A DNA stretch of 64,000 bases, taken from Methanosarcinales archaeon (GTDB lineage Archaea; Halobacteriota; UBA148; JAUWXC01). The position numbers and the translations under genes are program-made. The stretch covers positions 33,685-97,684 of the forward strand of contig CP061209.1 in assembly GCA_026016205.1 (NCBI GenBank), given 5' to 3'. This document shows positions 38,195 to 47,218 of the stretch, piece after piece; positions within the stretch are counted from its first letter, which is position 1; each line of letters begins with the position of its first letter. The notes below the pieces were generated by a model. It did no database searches and was not told the origin of the DNA. It was given only the letters and a program-made list of their open reading frames with translations.

Positions 38195-38209
38195 GTTGTG
38201 ATGAGCGGT

Positions 38210-38491
38210 CTAGTGAACCGGGAGTTCTATCTTATCTGCCAGCTCCTTCATTCTCACAGAAATCCTTCCTGGACCCGAAAAATCATCTTCAGCGATGACA
38301 GAGGCCAGCTCGTTGCCAAGTATGAATATTGCTTTTTTATGCTCCGCCTTGCTCCTGTGCACGTGAACCGGACTTATCTGTAGTGATTGATATCCCTGGA
38401 AGTCGCCCCTATATCCAGTGTCCTCAAAGAACTTCTTTACCTGCACCAGTAAGGTGTGAAGATGTATCAGTTCTTCCTTATGCATGTACAA
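38210..38491 (-). CDS. UPF0058-family small protein
   Basis: 'MHKEELIHLHTLLVQVKKFFE' and 'ISPVHVHRSKAEHKKAIFILG' are typical of the archaeal UPF0058 (MJ1132-like) family. Confidence 0.6.
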   Translation of the reverse strand: MYMHKEELIHLHTLLVQVKKFFEDTGYRGDFQGYQSLQISPVHVHRSKAEHKKAIFILGNELASVIAEDDFSGPGRISVRMKELADKIELPVH

Positions 38492-38571
38492 CCCCTGCCA
38501 AGAAGGGCCATGGCCCCGCCTCTTAAGATGGGGGTTAACTACTACTAAAGTTTTCGGTCGCTTGACTCAGC

Positions 38572-39759
38572 CTAAAGCTCTTCAGCAAGCAGGATTTTCA
38601 CTGACTGCGGCTTCTTGACAATGTTGCCCAACTTCACGCCTACCAGGTATTCTAACTTCTTCTCTGCAGCGATGTCCATGATTCTCTGGGTAATTACGCC
38701 ATCGAAGACCACGCCTTTGACATTGCTGTTGCTCTCCTTAAGAGTTTTAGCAAGATCTCTGACCGCGACCTCCTTGACGACCTTTTTATTTTTGTCGAGC
38801 AACTTAGCGCTTAGGGTACCGCTAAGCTCCGTGGCACACGCCTTGAGATCGCTTGCTTGGGGCGCTTCTTTCTTTGGCGCTTCCTCTTTCACCCTCTTTT
38901 TTATGCCGATATTTCGCCTTAGAATCTTATGTCTTCTTGACACCTCTGTGGCTTGGTCTGCTGGTATTTTATTGCGTAATGCCTTAACGACCTCTTTTTG
39001 CCCCAGGTCCTCAACGCTTTGGCCATGAGGAGCACGCGCAACGTAATCAATATCTGCAATTTGTAGCAATTCCTTCAGCAGAAGATCTCCCCCCCTATCT
39101 CCATCCACGAAGGCTGTAACGGTCTTCTTTTTGCTCAACTCTCCAATCGTCAGTGGAATGTTCGTTCCTTCAACGGCAATCGTGTTTTTAATTCCATAGC
39201 GCAATAGGTTCAGAACGTCAGCCCTGCCCTCAACTACAAGTATCGCATCGGACTCAAGCACGTTTGGACCTGCGGGTAACTTTTCCTCCCCATAAGAAGT
39301 AATGTCCCCCACACGTACTGCCTGCTTTACGGACTCGGTTATCTCATGGCTTTCAGGAATGGATTCATCAAACTTCCCTGTAAGAATCTCCTTCGCCCTG
39401 TCTATGACCTCTCTCCGCTTTGATGCCCTGACATCCTCTACCTTAGATACAGTAATCTTAGCGCTACATGGGCCGATTCTATCGATGGTCTCCAGTGATG
39501 CTGCTAGAATTGATGTCTCGACCTTATCCAGTGAAGAAGGGATTGAGATCATTCCAGTAGACTTGCCGCTCTTTGATTCGATGCGAACCTCGATTCTACC
39601 CACCCTCCCAGCTTTCTGAAGATCTCTGAGGTCAAGGTCGTCACCGAGCAATCCCTCGGTTTGCCCGAAGATTGCTCCAACTACATCGGGCTTCTCAACA
39701 ACGCCATCGGCGTTAATGTTGGCCCTAATTACATATTTTGTGGTATCGGAATTTTGCAT
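38572..39759 (-). CDS. dnaG: Archaeal DnaG (Toprim primase-like, exosome-associated)
   Basis: '[51 protein letters not shown]' is the conserved archaeal DnaG N-terminus. The Toprim region reads '[26 protein letters not shown]' and '[12 protein letters not shown]'. Confidence 0.9.
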   Translation of the reverse strand: MQNSDTTKYVIRANINADGVVEKPDVVGAIFGQTEGLLGDDLDLRDLQKAGRVGRIEVRIESKSGKSTGMISIPSSLDKVETSILAASLETIDRIGPCSAKITVSKVEDVRASKRREVIDRAKEILTGKFDESIPESHEITESVKQAVRVGDITSYGEEKLPAGPNVLESDAILVVEGRADVLNLLRYGIKNTIAVEGTNIPLTIGELSKKKTVTAFVDGDRGGDLLLKELLQIADIDYVARAPHGQSVEDLGQKEVVKALRNKIPADQATEVSRRHKILRRNIGIKKRVKEEAPKKEAPQASDLKACATELSGTLSAKLLDKNKKVVKEVAVRDLAKTLKESNSNVKGVVFDGVITQRIMDIAAEKKLEYLVGVKLGNIVKKPQSVKILLAEEL

Positions 39760-40035
39760 AGTAATGCCTCCCATCAACTAAAAATAGCCCTAAAAGTATC
39801 CGTTTCGAAGCACTCTAATCTAGTTGCTTACTTGAATATGGAATGTGCAGTGTCTTCCTTAAATTTATACATTAAATATGACATTGAATCCTATATTTCG
39901 ATTATAGTCCTCGGTGATTTGTTGTGATTAACCTAATTACTTCATCTACTTGAGCTATTTCTAATTTATTCATTTTTTCGAATTATATTGTAAACTAATA
40001 TATCACATTGGGATGTAATAAACTTATTGTAAGAC

Positions 40036-40467
40036 TCAGTGCTCGTGAACCTTATACCTGAGTGTCCTGACGTATCTGCTTAGCCCTTCGACATCCTTTA
40101 TTTCTTTCTGCACCAGTTTTCTAAGTTTGCCCCTGAGTCGAAGGTCGGGTTTTAATCCATAGGACCGCAGATATGTTGACATTTTCTTGGCCAGCATTTT
40201 TCCCTTGGAATCCCAGTCAGTCATGATGATTGCTGCATTGGCTTTCCTGGAAATGCTCTCTGCAAAGTTAAATAAAGGCGGATGTGATGCTAGCAGAATC
40301 TCACCTGAAATGCCCAACTCGTTCAGCGCTGCCCTATCTTTTCGCCCCTCTACGATGATTAGTGCTCCCTCATCGGCGAGCTCCTGGATTTCTTCCAGAA
40401 TTCGCTCAATTCTTTGCAATCGTTCAGCGTCTTGCATTTTAACCAATCTTTGACTCAATTCTTTCAA
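40036..40467 (-). CDS. Toprim-domain protein (UPF0292 / RNase M5-like)
   Basis: 'LIIVEGRKDRAALNELGISGEILL' and 'AAIIMTDWDSKGKML' carry the Toprim E and DxD motifs. Confidence 0.7.
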   Translation of the reverse strand: MKELSQRLVKMQDAERLQRIERILEEIQELADEGALIIVEGRKDRAALNELGISGEILLASHPPLFNFAESISRKANAAIIMTDWDSKGKMLAKKMSTYLRSYGLKPDLRLRGKLRKLVQKEIKDVEGLSRYVRTLRYKVHEH

Positions 40468-40759
40468 TCACATCATCAGCGCTAACACCAACGATTTTCA
40501 CCGTTTTTCTGCCGGATTTCGCGCCTGCAGCGATACTTATGGCATTAGAATCTATATCGAACAGCTGCGCCAGGCATGAGATTAGTTCCTTGTTAGCCTT
40601 TCCATCCCGTGCTGGCTGGGACATCTTGACCTCAATCCTCTTCCGCCACTGGTTGTACCCGCTTGGAATCTGCGTTTTCTTTGCGCCGGGCACAACCTCG
40701 ACATCAATCATAATGCCATCTTTGGCGGGATGAATGGCATCTGTGAAAGGCATTGACAA
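40439..40759 (-). CDS. DUF167 (YggU / UPF0235) family protein
   Basis: 'DGIMIDVEVVPGAKKTQI', 'IEVKMSQPARDGKANKELISCLAQLF' and 'IAAGAKSGRKTVKIVG' fit the YggU pattern. Confidence 0.7.
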   Translation of the reverse strand: MSMPFTDAIHPAKDGIMIDVEVVPGAKKTQIPSGYNQWRKRIEVKMSQPARDGKANKELISCLAQLFDIDSNAISIAAGAKSGRKTVKIVGVSADDVIERIESKIG

Positions 40760-40780
40760 AATGTAGGTTCGATAGAATAT

Positions 40781-41014
40781 AAAATGTCCCCTGACGCACT
40801 AACTCCGAGAGATCACCCTATTGGAAGATCCGCTGTCCCTCTCAGTTACCCTCGTGCCAGGGGTTTGTTCCGCATTGGGGTTGGCTGTACGGTCATAGAT
40901 AGGCTTTGCCAGTAACTCCCGCAAGGACCTATACAATGCGCAATGTTGCCCCCATTTTGCTCCGGTGCTCACAGTATCTATAAAGACTCTCACACCAGTC
41001 CTCGTAGAGGGCAC
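40781..41014 (-). ncRNA. Candidate structured non-coding RNA of unknown class (about 230 nt)
   Basis: This intergenic stretch between two - strand genes is visibly more GC-rich than its surroundings. On the - strand, 'CTATATATAAATG' (41031-43) lies about 25 nt upstream of GTGCCCTCTACG. The 5' segment CCCTCTACG...TGAGAG can pair with the 3' segment CTCTCG...CGTCAGGGG. Internal helices include CGCATTG/CAATGCG, ATAGG/CCTAT and TTGC/GCAA. It ends in a TTTTAT run. The only ORF here (40799-41014) has an implausible composition. Confidence 0.35.
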
Positions 41015-41017
41015 TAT

Positions 41018-42337
41018 TCATTTGCCCTCATTTATATATAGATTTGTCGCCCCCTCACCCGGAATGAAACGTCCGTATCCTTTTTCGCCCACGACCTCTC
41101 CATCAAACACGATTCCCCCTCTAATCATCGTCATCTTTGGAAAAATTGCGTCCATGCCCTCAAAAGGCGTCCATCCTGCCTTGCTGTGCATGTCATCGGC
41201 TTTGATGGGTGTTACATTCTTGAAATCGACGAATACCAAATCGGCATCGTTTCCCACCTTGATATCGCCTTTTCCATTCAATCCAAAAACCCTTGCCGGG
41301 TTAATCGCCATGCGCTCTACCAAACACTGAAGCGAGATATGCCCTGCCTTCACGGCGTGCAGCATCAATGGTAGCGACGTCTCAACCCCCGGAACACCGG
41401 GAGGGGCACTCCATATATCCTGTTCCTTTTCCTCAAGTGCGTGCGGAGCATGGTCAGAAGCAATCATATCAATGCGATTCAAACCTGCCCAGAGCGCCTG
41501 CCTGTCCCCCTCGCTCCTCAGTGGCGGATTCACCTTGCCGAGGGTACCAAGTCTATCCCAGTCTTTTTCGGTGAAGAATAGATGATGTGGTGTGACCTCA
41601 CATGTCACATTTTTCTCGAGGAGGCGCAAACCCTCCTTTGTGCTGATATGGCATATGTGTAACTTGCATTCTGCTGTGCTGGCAGACTCAGTCGCCTTCG
41701 TGATGGCGTTCGCCTCGGATTCATTTGGCCTGGATGATGAGTATGCGCTGGGATCGGTTTTATTCATTAACTTCTCGGTTCGCTCCTTTATGATGCGCTC
41801 GTCCTCCGCGTGGATGCATGCAATGCCGTCCAATTGGGCGATGGTCTTGAGCGCATTGGATAATGCATCATCGTCAACGCACATTTTTCCCATGGATTCT
41901 GCCATGTAGATTTCGCCAAAGGCTGTTATGCCTGCCTTCCATAACGCCTCGAGTTCTGCCCCATCTACCACGCCTGCATTGATGCCGAAGTCCACGATTG
42001 ACTTCTTTGCAGCATTCAGCTTAACTTCGAATGATTTTAGGGTTGTAGTGGGGGGTACTGTGTTGGGGTGGTCTATGACTGTGGTCACGCCACCCGCTGC
42101 GGCAGCACATGAACCAGAATACCAGTCCTCCTTGTGCGTCATACCAGGGTCGCGGAAGTGCACGTGTACATCAATCACTCCAGGCAAAACGAGCGAACCG
42201 TGTGCATCGAGTATATTGTCCCCACCAATGTCCTTTGCGATCTTGGTTATCCTGCCGTCAGTTATCGCTAACTCTGCTTCCTGCACCTTTCCTTCGAGGA
42301 ATAATTTTGCATTTTTGATGACTACGTCAAACATCAA
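41018..42337 (-). CDS. pyrC: Dihydroorotase
   Basis: 'LPGVIDVHVHFRDPG' is the HxH metal site. The amidohydrolase layout includes 'HICHISTKEG' and 'MIASDHAPH'. Confidence 0.85.
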   Translation of the reverse strand: MMFDVVIKNAKLFLEGKVQEAELAITDGRITKIAKDIGGDNILDAHGSLVLPGVIDVHVHFRDPGMTHKEDWYSGSCAAAAGGVTTVIDHPNTVPPTTTLKSFEVKLNAAKKSIVDFGINAGVVDGAELEALWKAGITAFGEIYMAESMGKMCVDDDALSNALKTIAQLDGIACIHAEDERIIKERTEKLMNKTDPSAYSSSRPNESEANAITKATESASTAECKLHICHISTKEGLRLLEKNVTCEVTPHHLFFTEKDWDRLGTLGKVNPPLRSEGDRQALWAGLNRIDMIASDHAPHALEEKEQDIWSAPPGVPGVETSLPLMLHAVKAGHISLQCLVERMAINPARVFGLNGKGDIKVGNDADLVFVDFKNVTPIKADDMHSKAGWTPFEGMDAIFPKMTMIRGGIVFDGEVVGEKGYGRFIPGEGATNLYINEGK

Positions 42338-42342
42338 AACCT

Positions 42343-42930
42343 CTAGGACAAACTCTTCTCAATGACTGCTCCGCTTGGTTCAATCTCGGCAAAAATCTGT
42401 CCTTCAAATATATATGCTTCCGCTTCCTCATCCAGCCACATGTCTGGCGTCAGCCCTGCCTTGATACATGTCTGGGATAAAAACTCCTCTGCATCCCAAT
42501 TATATTCAGTTGCCACTTGAGGGAGCAACAAACCCGAAACTAGACCAAACTTTACGATCAATCCATGCTTGCCGATTTGCATCTTCTTGGGACGCTCGCT
42601 TGCCTTGCCCTCTATCAATTTGGGCGGTGTGAGTATCGTGACCTCTATTGTGATAGCATCTAATTCTTCTATCTGAACCGGGGGGAATCGTGGATCTCCG
42701 GTTGCGGCTGATATGGCAGAATCTACGATAGCATCACTGAGGAACATATCTGGATATGGGTGACCGATGCAACCCCGCAATCCATCCTTTTTGAGCGTCA
42801 CGAACACGCCTCTTCTCTCTTTAAATGTTCCGCCCAGCCGGGGAGCAATCCTACTATGGTCGCCTAAGAACGCAACAATCGCCTCCCTGGCGAGCCTAAC
42901 GGCGCGTTCACCCTCTTCAAGACTTAACAT
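42343..42930 (-). CDS. AMMECR1-domain protein
   Basis: '[21 protein letters not shown]' is the conserved LRGCIG motif. 'DPRFPPV' and '[17 protein letters not shown]' are also present. Confidence 0.85.
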   Translation of the reverse strand: MLSLEEGERAVRLAREAIVAFLGDHSRIAPRLGGTFKERRGVFVTLKKDGLRGCIGHPYPDMFLSDAIVDSAISAATGDPRFPPVQIEELDAITIEVTILTPPKLIEGKASERPKKMQIGKHGLIVKFGLVSGLLLPQVATEYNWDAEEFLSQTCIKAGLTPDMWLDEEAEAYIFEGQIFAEIEPSGAVIEKSLS

Positions 42931-42985
42931 GTTACATTCTTTATTATGCGAAAGATATATGATTCTTCTGGAGAATAATATAATT

Positions 42986-43301
42986 GTGAGAGAGGAGGAG
43001 GCGGCTTCCGCAACTTTTGGTCAAGCTTTTGCTTGCAAAAGGTTGCGAGGAAAGTCCCCCCACCGCTGAACATACGAGTGCGTGCAAGCGCACAGGGCGA
43101 GAGTCCTGGCTCTGGCGCAGAAACGATACCACGCTGCGTGAATACAATGATACATTAATGTTGAGGCTGCGCAGATTGTGGGTGAAACGGCGAATCCTCG
43201 TAGGTGCAAGCCAAAAGATGGGCAAAAGTTCAGCTAATGCCCTGGTATGGCGCTTAGACGAATGCCGTCGAAACCAAAGGGGGCTTACCCTCCCCACTCA
43301 C
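42986..43301 (+). ncRNA. rnpB: RNase P RNA
   Basis: CR-I is 'GCGAGGAAAGTCCCCCC' (43044-60). 'GCGCAGAAACGATACCACG', 'GTGGGTGAAACGGCG' and the CR-V-like 'AAGGGGGCTTAC' are present. The 5' GTGAGAGAGGAGG can pair with the 3' CCCTCCCCACTCAC (P1). An upstream 'GAAAGATATATGA' TATA-like box lies about 27 nt before 42986. The ORFs across this region are mutually overlapping on both strands. Confidence 0.85.
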
Positions 43302-43392
43302 TATCATATCCTTGATTAAATGTGAATCTTTTATACAATAAAACGACAAATCTACATATGTGTTGATACCAACGGTTGAAAGGCGAAGCGTG

Positions 43393-44097
43393 ATGACGAA
43401 ATATGATCTGGGTATACCAGAGCTGGACAAGGCATTGGGAGGGATTCAAAGTGGCACAAACGTGGTGCTTGTAGGTCCTCCGATGTGTGGAAAAGACATA
43501 CTCGTCAAGCAAATTCTCCATGCTGGTTTGAGGGATGGGGACGGAGTTATCCTTGTATCTACTGGGGAGCCCGGCGAAAGCATATTCAAATGGTGCGAAC
43601 AGCACAAATTGGGTATAGAAAACTATAAAAATCGGTTTGGAATTGTGGATTGCGTCTCGAAAACGCTTGGCATGGATGTTTCTGATACGCAAAATATAAA
43701 ACGTGCATCTAGTCCGGTTGACTTGACCGGGATCGGTGTCAAAATAAGCCAGTTTTTTGAGCAGTTCTATGTCAAGGATAAGCTTTCAAAGGCCAGACTG
43801 GCTGTAGACTCCCTATCGACGATGCTGATGTACTCCAATCTGCAGACTGTTTTTAGATTCTTGCATGTTTTCACCGGCAGGATTAAAGCCGCAGATGCCC
43901 TTGGCATCTACGTGCTCGAAGCCGGTATGCATGATGATAAAACCGTTGCAACGCTCAAGAAATTGTTTGACGGTGTGATTGAAATCAAAGAAGAAAATGG
44001 CGAATTCTTCATTAAAACCGCGGGGATGGGTTCAACACCAGGAAAATGGATGAAGTATGAAATTACCGGCCCTAAAATCGTCATAAAAGGTGATTAA
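43393..44097 (+). CDS. KaiC-like ATPase (single domain, Walker A 'GPPMCGKD')
   Basis: 'LGIPELDKALGGIQSGTNVVLVGPPMCGKDILV' is present, with the C-terminal 'GVIEIKEENGEFFIKTAGMG..PGKWMKYEITGPKIV'. This is the first gene of a tightly packed three-gene operon. Confidence 0.75.
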   Translation: MTKYDLGIPELDKALGGIQSGTNVVLVGPPMCGKDILVKQILHAGLRDGDGVILVSTGEPGESIFKWCEQHKLGIENYKNRFGIVDCVSKTLGMDVSDTQNIKRASSPVDLTGIGVKISQFFEQFYVKDKLSKARLAVDSLSTMLMYSNLQTVFRFLHVFTGRIKAADALGIYVLEAGMHDDKTVATLKKLFDGVIEIKEENGEFFIKTAGMGSTPGKWMKYEITGPKIVIKGD

Positions 44098-44100
44098 AAG

Positions 44101-45267
44101 ATGTTTGAGACAGGCATTCCAAAATTGGATGATTATCTGAGTGGCGGCATACCATCTGGTAAATCACTGATATACCATACCCAACCCGGTGTTGAGGGCG
44201 ATATATTTGGTATGCAGACATTGTATTGGAATTTGCACAAAGGGCACAAAGGCGTATACGTAGCCTCGAACTCCGCCCCATATGCCGTAAAGGGGCGGTT
44301 TAAGGAGTTTGGCTGGAATGTCGAGAAATTTGACCAGCTTTCCATCGTTGATTGTTTCTCAGCGCTAATGGGGGCAGATTCTAGCGAGCGCTATGTGGTG
44401 TCCAATCCAGAGGACATCGTGGCGATAGATGATGCCATATCAAAGGCAATGGAAAATGCGGCAGGCGGTGTAATCGTATTTGAATCGCTCTCAACCATCA
44501 TGGACCATTGTGGTGAAAAAGAAACGCTGAAGTATATGGAGAAATGGAAAAAATATAGCACAGCGTACGACAACGTCGTAATTTGCAATTTTACCGCCTG
44601 GCCTTATGCCAAAAGTACGCTGAAACGGATAAAAGAACTATTTGATGCTGTAATAACCATCAGTGGAATCGCAAAGAGGGTTATTTTTGGGCAGTACTAT
44701 GGGGTTTCAAAAGTGAACTGGGTAGCCAAATCACAGAAGCGCTCAATATCCTTCAAGGTGCTCCGTCCTGGTGGCGTAAAGATTTTCATACCAAAGGTCC
44801 TCGTAACAGGACCCTATAATGCTGGCAAATCATCATTCATTCATGCAATATCAAGCAGAGCGATATCCGTAGACCGGTTGGGAACAACCGTTGCGATGGA
44901 CCATGACTTTATAGACCATAAAGGCTTCACGGCTGATATATTTGGGACGCCCGGGCAGGAGAGATTTGATCCCTTGCTCAGGATGCTCAGCGGCGAGGCG
45001 ATGGGGGTATTCTTGTTAATCGATTCAACTAAGCCTAGTACCTTCCCTAGGGCTAAAAAGATGCTGGAGATGACCAGAGCACATGGGCTTCCTTATCTGG
45101 TCGTAGCGAACAAACAAGATTTGCCAGACGCCTTAAGCGTAAATGCAATACGGAAAAAGATGAAGATTCCAGAATCAGTGCCGATTATCTCTGCCAGCGT
45201 AGCCAAGAAGCAGGGCGTGTTCGAGGCGTTCGAGACACTAATCGATATGATAACCAAGGCAATATAG
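44101..45267 (+). CDS. Fusion protein: N-terminal KaiC-like domain with a degenerate P-loop, plus a C-terminal Ras-superfamily small GTPase
   Basis: The N-terminus 'TGIPKLDDYLSGGIPSGKSLIYHTQPGVEGDIFG' has KaiC-like architecture but no GK[ST]. From about aa 231 the GTPase motifs appear in order: G1 'GPYNAGKS', G3 'DIFGTPGQERF', G4 'VVANKQDL' and G5 'ISASVAKK'. Confidence 0.8.
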   Translation: MFETGIPKLDDYLSGGIPSGKSLIYHTQPGVEGDIFGMQTLYWNLHKGHKGVYVASNSAPYAVKGRFKEFGWNVEKFDQLSIVDCFSALMGADSSERYVVSNPEDIVAIDDAISKAMENAAGGVIVFESLSTIMDHCGEKETLKYMEKWKKYSTAYDNVVICNFTAWPYAKSTLKRIKELFDAVITISGIAKRVIFGQYYGVSKVNWVAKSQKRSISFKVLRPGGVKIFIPKVLVTGPYNAGKSSFIHAISSRAISVDRLGTTVAMDHDFIDHKGFTADIFGTPGQERFDPLLRMLSGEAMGVFLLIDSTKPSTFPRAKKMLEMTRAHGLPYLVVANKQDLPDALSVNAIRKKMKIPESVPIISASVAKKQGVFEAFETLIDMITKAI

Positions 45268-45639
45268 ATGGTGAAAGATACGATTGTTGGGATGCTGGAA
45301 AAGGTGCTGACTGACTTGAGGCGCACCGGTGACATAGAAGCCTCCGCCATCGTGTCACGAGATGGGCTTCTGATGGCATCTGATATTGCTGAAGGCATTC
45401 ATGCCGAGACATTTGCCGCGATGTCTGCAACCATGCTGGGCGCTGCAGAGACTGCGATATCAGAATTGAACAAGGGAATTCCAGACAGGGTCATCGTAGA
45501 GTCAAAGAAGGGAAAGGTTATCACCACGGGAGCAGGTCCGAAGGCGTTGCTGGTGGTCATGACACCTCCCGAGGCAGGATTGGGGCTGATTCTCGTCGAA
45601 ATGGAGAAGGCTGCGGATAAGGCAAAGAAACTGTTATGA
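45268..45639 (+). CDS. Roadblock/LC7 (MglB-like) domain protein
   Basis: 'LTDLRRTGDIEASAIVSRDGLLMASDI....AETFAAMSATMLGAAETAISEL' is the typical Roadblock/LC7 pattern. Its ATG follows the GTPase stop by 1 nt. Confidence 0.8.
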   Translation: MVKDTIVGMLEKVLTDLRRTGDIEASAIVSRDGLLMASDIAEGIHAETFAAMSATMLGAAETAISELNKGIPDRVIVESKKGKVITTGAGPKALLVVMTPPEAGLGLILVEMEKAADKAKKLL

Positions 45640-45666
45640 CGCTTCGTAAGTTTTCTAAAAACATCG

Positions 45667-45804
45667 TCACTCAACATTTTCACTCTTGTGTGGCCGCTTT
45701 GATATCTTTAAATCGTCTAGATTCTCTTCTATCAGCTTTTTATCCACTTCTTCCTGCTTCTTTATGCCTTTTCGCTCGACATGCCTTTTCTTGTAGTCTG
45801 ACAT
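45667..45804 (-). CDS. Possible small basic protein (45 aa), not in the ORF track
   Basis: My translation is MSDYKKRHVERKGIKKQEEVDKKLIEENLDDLKISKRPHKSENVE. It occupies an otherwise empty 200-bp gap. There is no motif, so support is weak. Confidence 0.25.
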   Translation of the reverse strand: MSDYKKRHVERKGIKKQEEVDKKLIEENLDDLKISKRPHKSENVE

Positions 45805-45856
45805 CTTAGATAACATAACACGACAACTATTTAAATTTTTGAACTTACATAGTCAT

Positions 45857-45942
45857 GCCGGGGTGGCAGAGTGGACTAACGCGGCAGGCTCGAGACCTGT
45901 TGTTCCTTCGGGAACACTTGGGTTCAAATCCCAACCCCGGCG
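45857..45942 (+). tRNA. tRNA-Ser(CGA), class II with a long variable arm, no intron
   Basis: GCCGGGG-TG-...-GCAGG-CTCGAGA-CCTGT-[TGTTCCTTCGGGAACACT]-TGGG-TTCAAAT-CCCA-A-CCCCGGC-G. The acceptor stem is a perfect 7 bp and the anticodon loop is CU-CGA-GA. Confidence 0.9.
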
Positions 45943-46011
45943 CTCACTTCGTTCGCTTGAAGTTTTGTTATCCCAATAGGTTTTAGTAAACAGGGGAACA
46001 ACTAGAAGAAT

Positions 46012-47202
46012 ATGCCTGAAGTGGGGGTTTACAAGAGAAGAGGGCTGGAGATCTGGCTTGAAGTCGCTGAGGATAACATCGAGCTCAAGTCATCGGGTGC
46101 GCTCTCTAAATTGACTTCTCCTTTGTTGAATAGAGTAAATAAGATGTTGAGGGACGAGAAGCCAATCAAGGCGACAGAGGAAGAAGTGGTTTTAAGCACA
46201 TGGTTTCCTCCGATTCCAAGCGGGCCATTCCAAAGAGCTATAAAAGCTGAGATGGACATCTTGCTGAAGAGAAAATTCACTCCACAGGCTGTTTCAATGA
46301 ATATTTCTGATTGCACACTCAATTGTAGTGAGTGCAACATAGTCGAGCATGAGGGAGAGCTCAAAACGAAAGAGGTGAAGGATTTTATAGTGCAAGTCCA
46401 GGACCTTGGGGCGATTACAATTGGATTTGCGGAAGGAGACCCCCTCTTAAGGGAAGACCTTTCTGAACTTATAGATTGCATAGACAAGAAAAAATCCATT
46501 ACGAGCGTTTTCACGCCTGGCCCCCTATTGACAGATAAGGTTGCTGCGGAATTGAAAGAGCATGGAGTATATGCGGTAATGACAGGGATTAAAAGCTCAA
46601 TCCCGCGGGAGCATGATGCTGCGAGAGGGCTAAAAGGGGCATTTGACAAAGCTGTAACAGGCATGAAAAACGCGGTAGAGAATGGACTCTACGTCTCCAT
46701 GCATACACATGTAGCTCCAAAACTTGTGGAGAGCGGGGAGCTTGCCAAAATCTACAAACTCGCCTCGAAGATTGGAGTTCATGAGTTGACCATCTGGGAA
46801 GCGCATCCAACCTGGAAATATAAAGATAAAAAAGAGTTGATTTTGGATGATGGGCATAGAAAGGAGATTATGGAACTGTACAGGAAAGCAAACACTTCCA
46901 AAGAAGGTCCAAGAATATTCTACAACGCTGTCTTTGAATCTCCAGAGCTCTTTGGCTGTATGGCAGGCAGGAGATGGCTGAACTTGATACACTCGGGTGA
47001 TTTGACTCCTTGTACATACGTCCCAATATCATTTGGAAACATTAGAGAAGAAAGCGTGGAGAAGATCTGGAGAAGGATGTGTAAATTTAATGAATTCAGG
47101 AGGAAGAGATTCTGCGTGATGCTCGATGAGAAATTCAGGTCGAAATATATCGATCCGTTCTCCGTATCTGACCTGCCCATCAGCTACAAGGATGTTGTTT
47201 GA
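46012..47202 (+). CDS. Radical-SAM enzyme with a C-terminal auxiliary-cluster (SPASM/twitch-like) region and a ~100-aa N-terminal extension (paralogue 1)
   Basis: The CX3CX2C motif is 'DCTLNCSECNIV'. The 'GFAEGDPLL' GGE-like motif is present. The C-terminus reads 'GCMAGRRWLNLIHSGDLTPCTYVPISFGNIREESVEKIW'. The N-terminal motif is 'STWFPPIPSGPFQRAIKAEM'. Confidence 0.8.
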   Translation: MPEVGVYKRRGLEIWLEVAEDNIELKSSGALSKLTSPLLNRVNKMLRDEKPIKATEEEVVLSTWFPPIPSGPFQRAIKAEMDILLKRKFTPQAVSMNISDCTLNCSECNIVEHEGELKTKEVKDFIVQVQDLGAITIGFAEGDPLLREDLSELIDCIDKKKSITSVFTPGPLLTDKVAAELKEHGVYAVMTGIKSSIPREHDAARGLKGAFDKAVTGMKNAVENGLYVSMHTHVAPKLVESGELAKIYKLASKIGVHELTIWEAHPTWKYKDKKELILDDGHRKEIMELYRKANTSKEGPRIFYNAVFESPELFGCMAGRRWLNLIHSGDLTPCTYVPISFGNIREESVEKIWRRMCKFNEFRRKRFCVMLDEKFRSKYIDPFSVSDLPISYKDVV

Positions 47203-47218
47203 TTTGAAGGTGTGAACT

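Noticed and set aside
40781-41014. SRP (7S) RNA or a second RNase P-like RNA as the identity of the GC-rich intergenic element
   Set aside because: I could not find the conserved helix-8 GNAR-loop/'GGAAGGGAGCA'-type motif of SRP RNA or the 'GAGGAAAGUCC' motif of RNase P. At about 230 nt it is also short for archaeal SRP RNA. It is kept only as an unclassified candidate.
40799-41014. 71-aa ORF on the - strand in the pyrC-DUF167 spacer
   Set aside because: The translation (MPSTRTGVRVFIDTVSTGAKWGQHCALYRSLRELL...SGSSNRVISRS) has no motif. The region has features of a structured RNA and lacks a sensible start context, so it is not called as a CDS.
42944-43692. ORFs 42944-43297 (-), 43017-43319 (+), 43021-43209 (-) and 43285-43692 (-)
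   Set aside because: They overlap the RNase P RNA gene or the antisense strand of the KaiC-like gene. They also overlap each other on both strands, which is typical of GC-rich RNA genes.
46029-46664. 211-aa - strand ORF
   Set aside because: It is antisense to radical-SAM paralogue 1. The translation is Ser/Leu-rich with no motifs.
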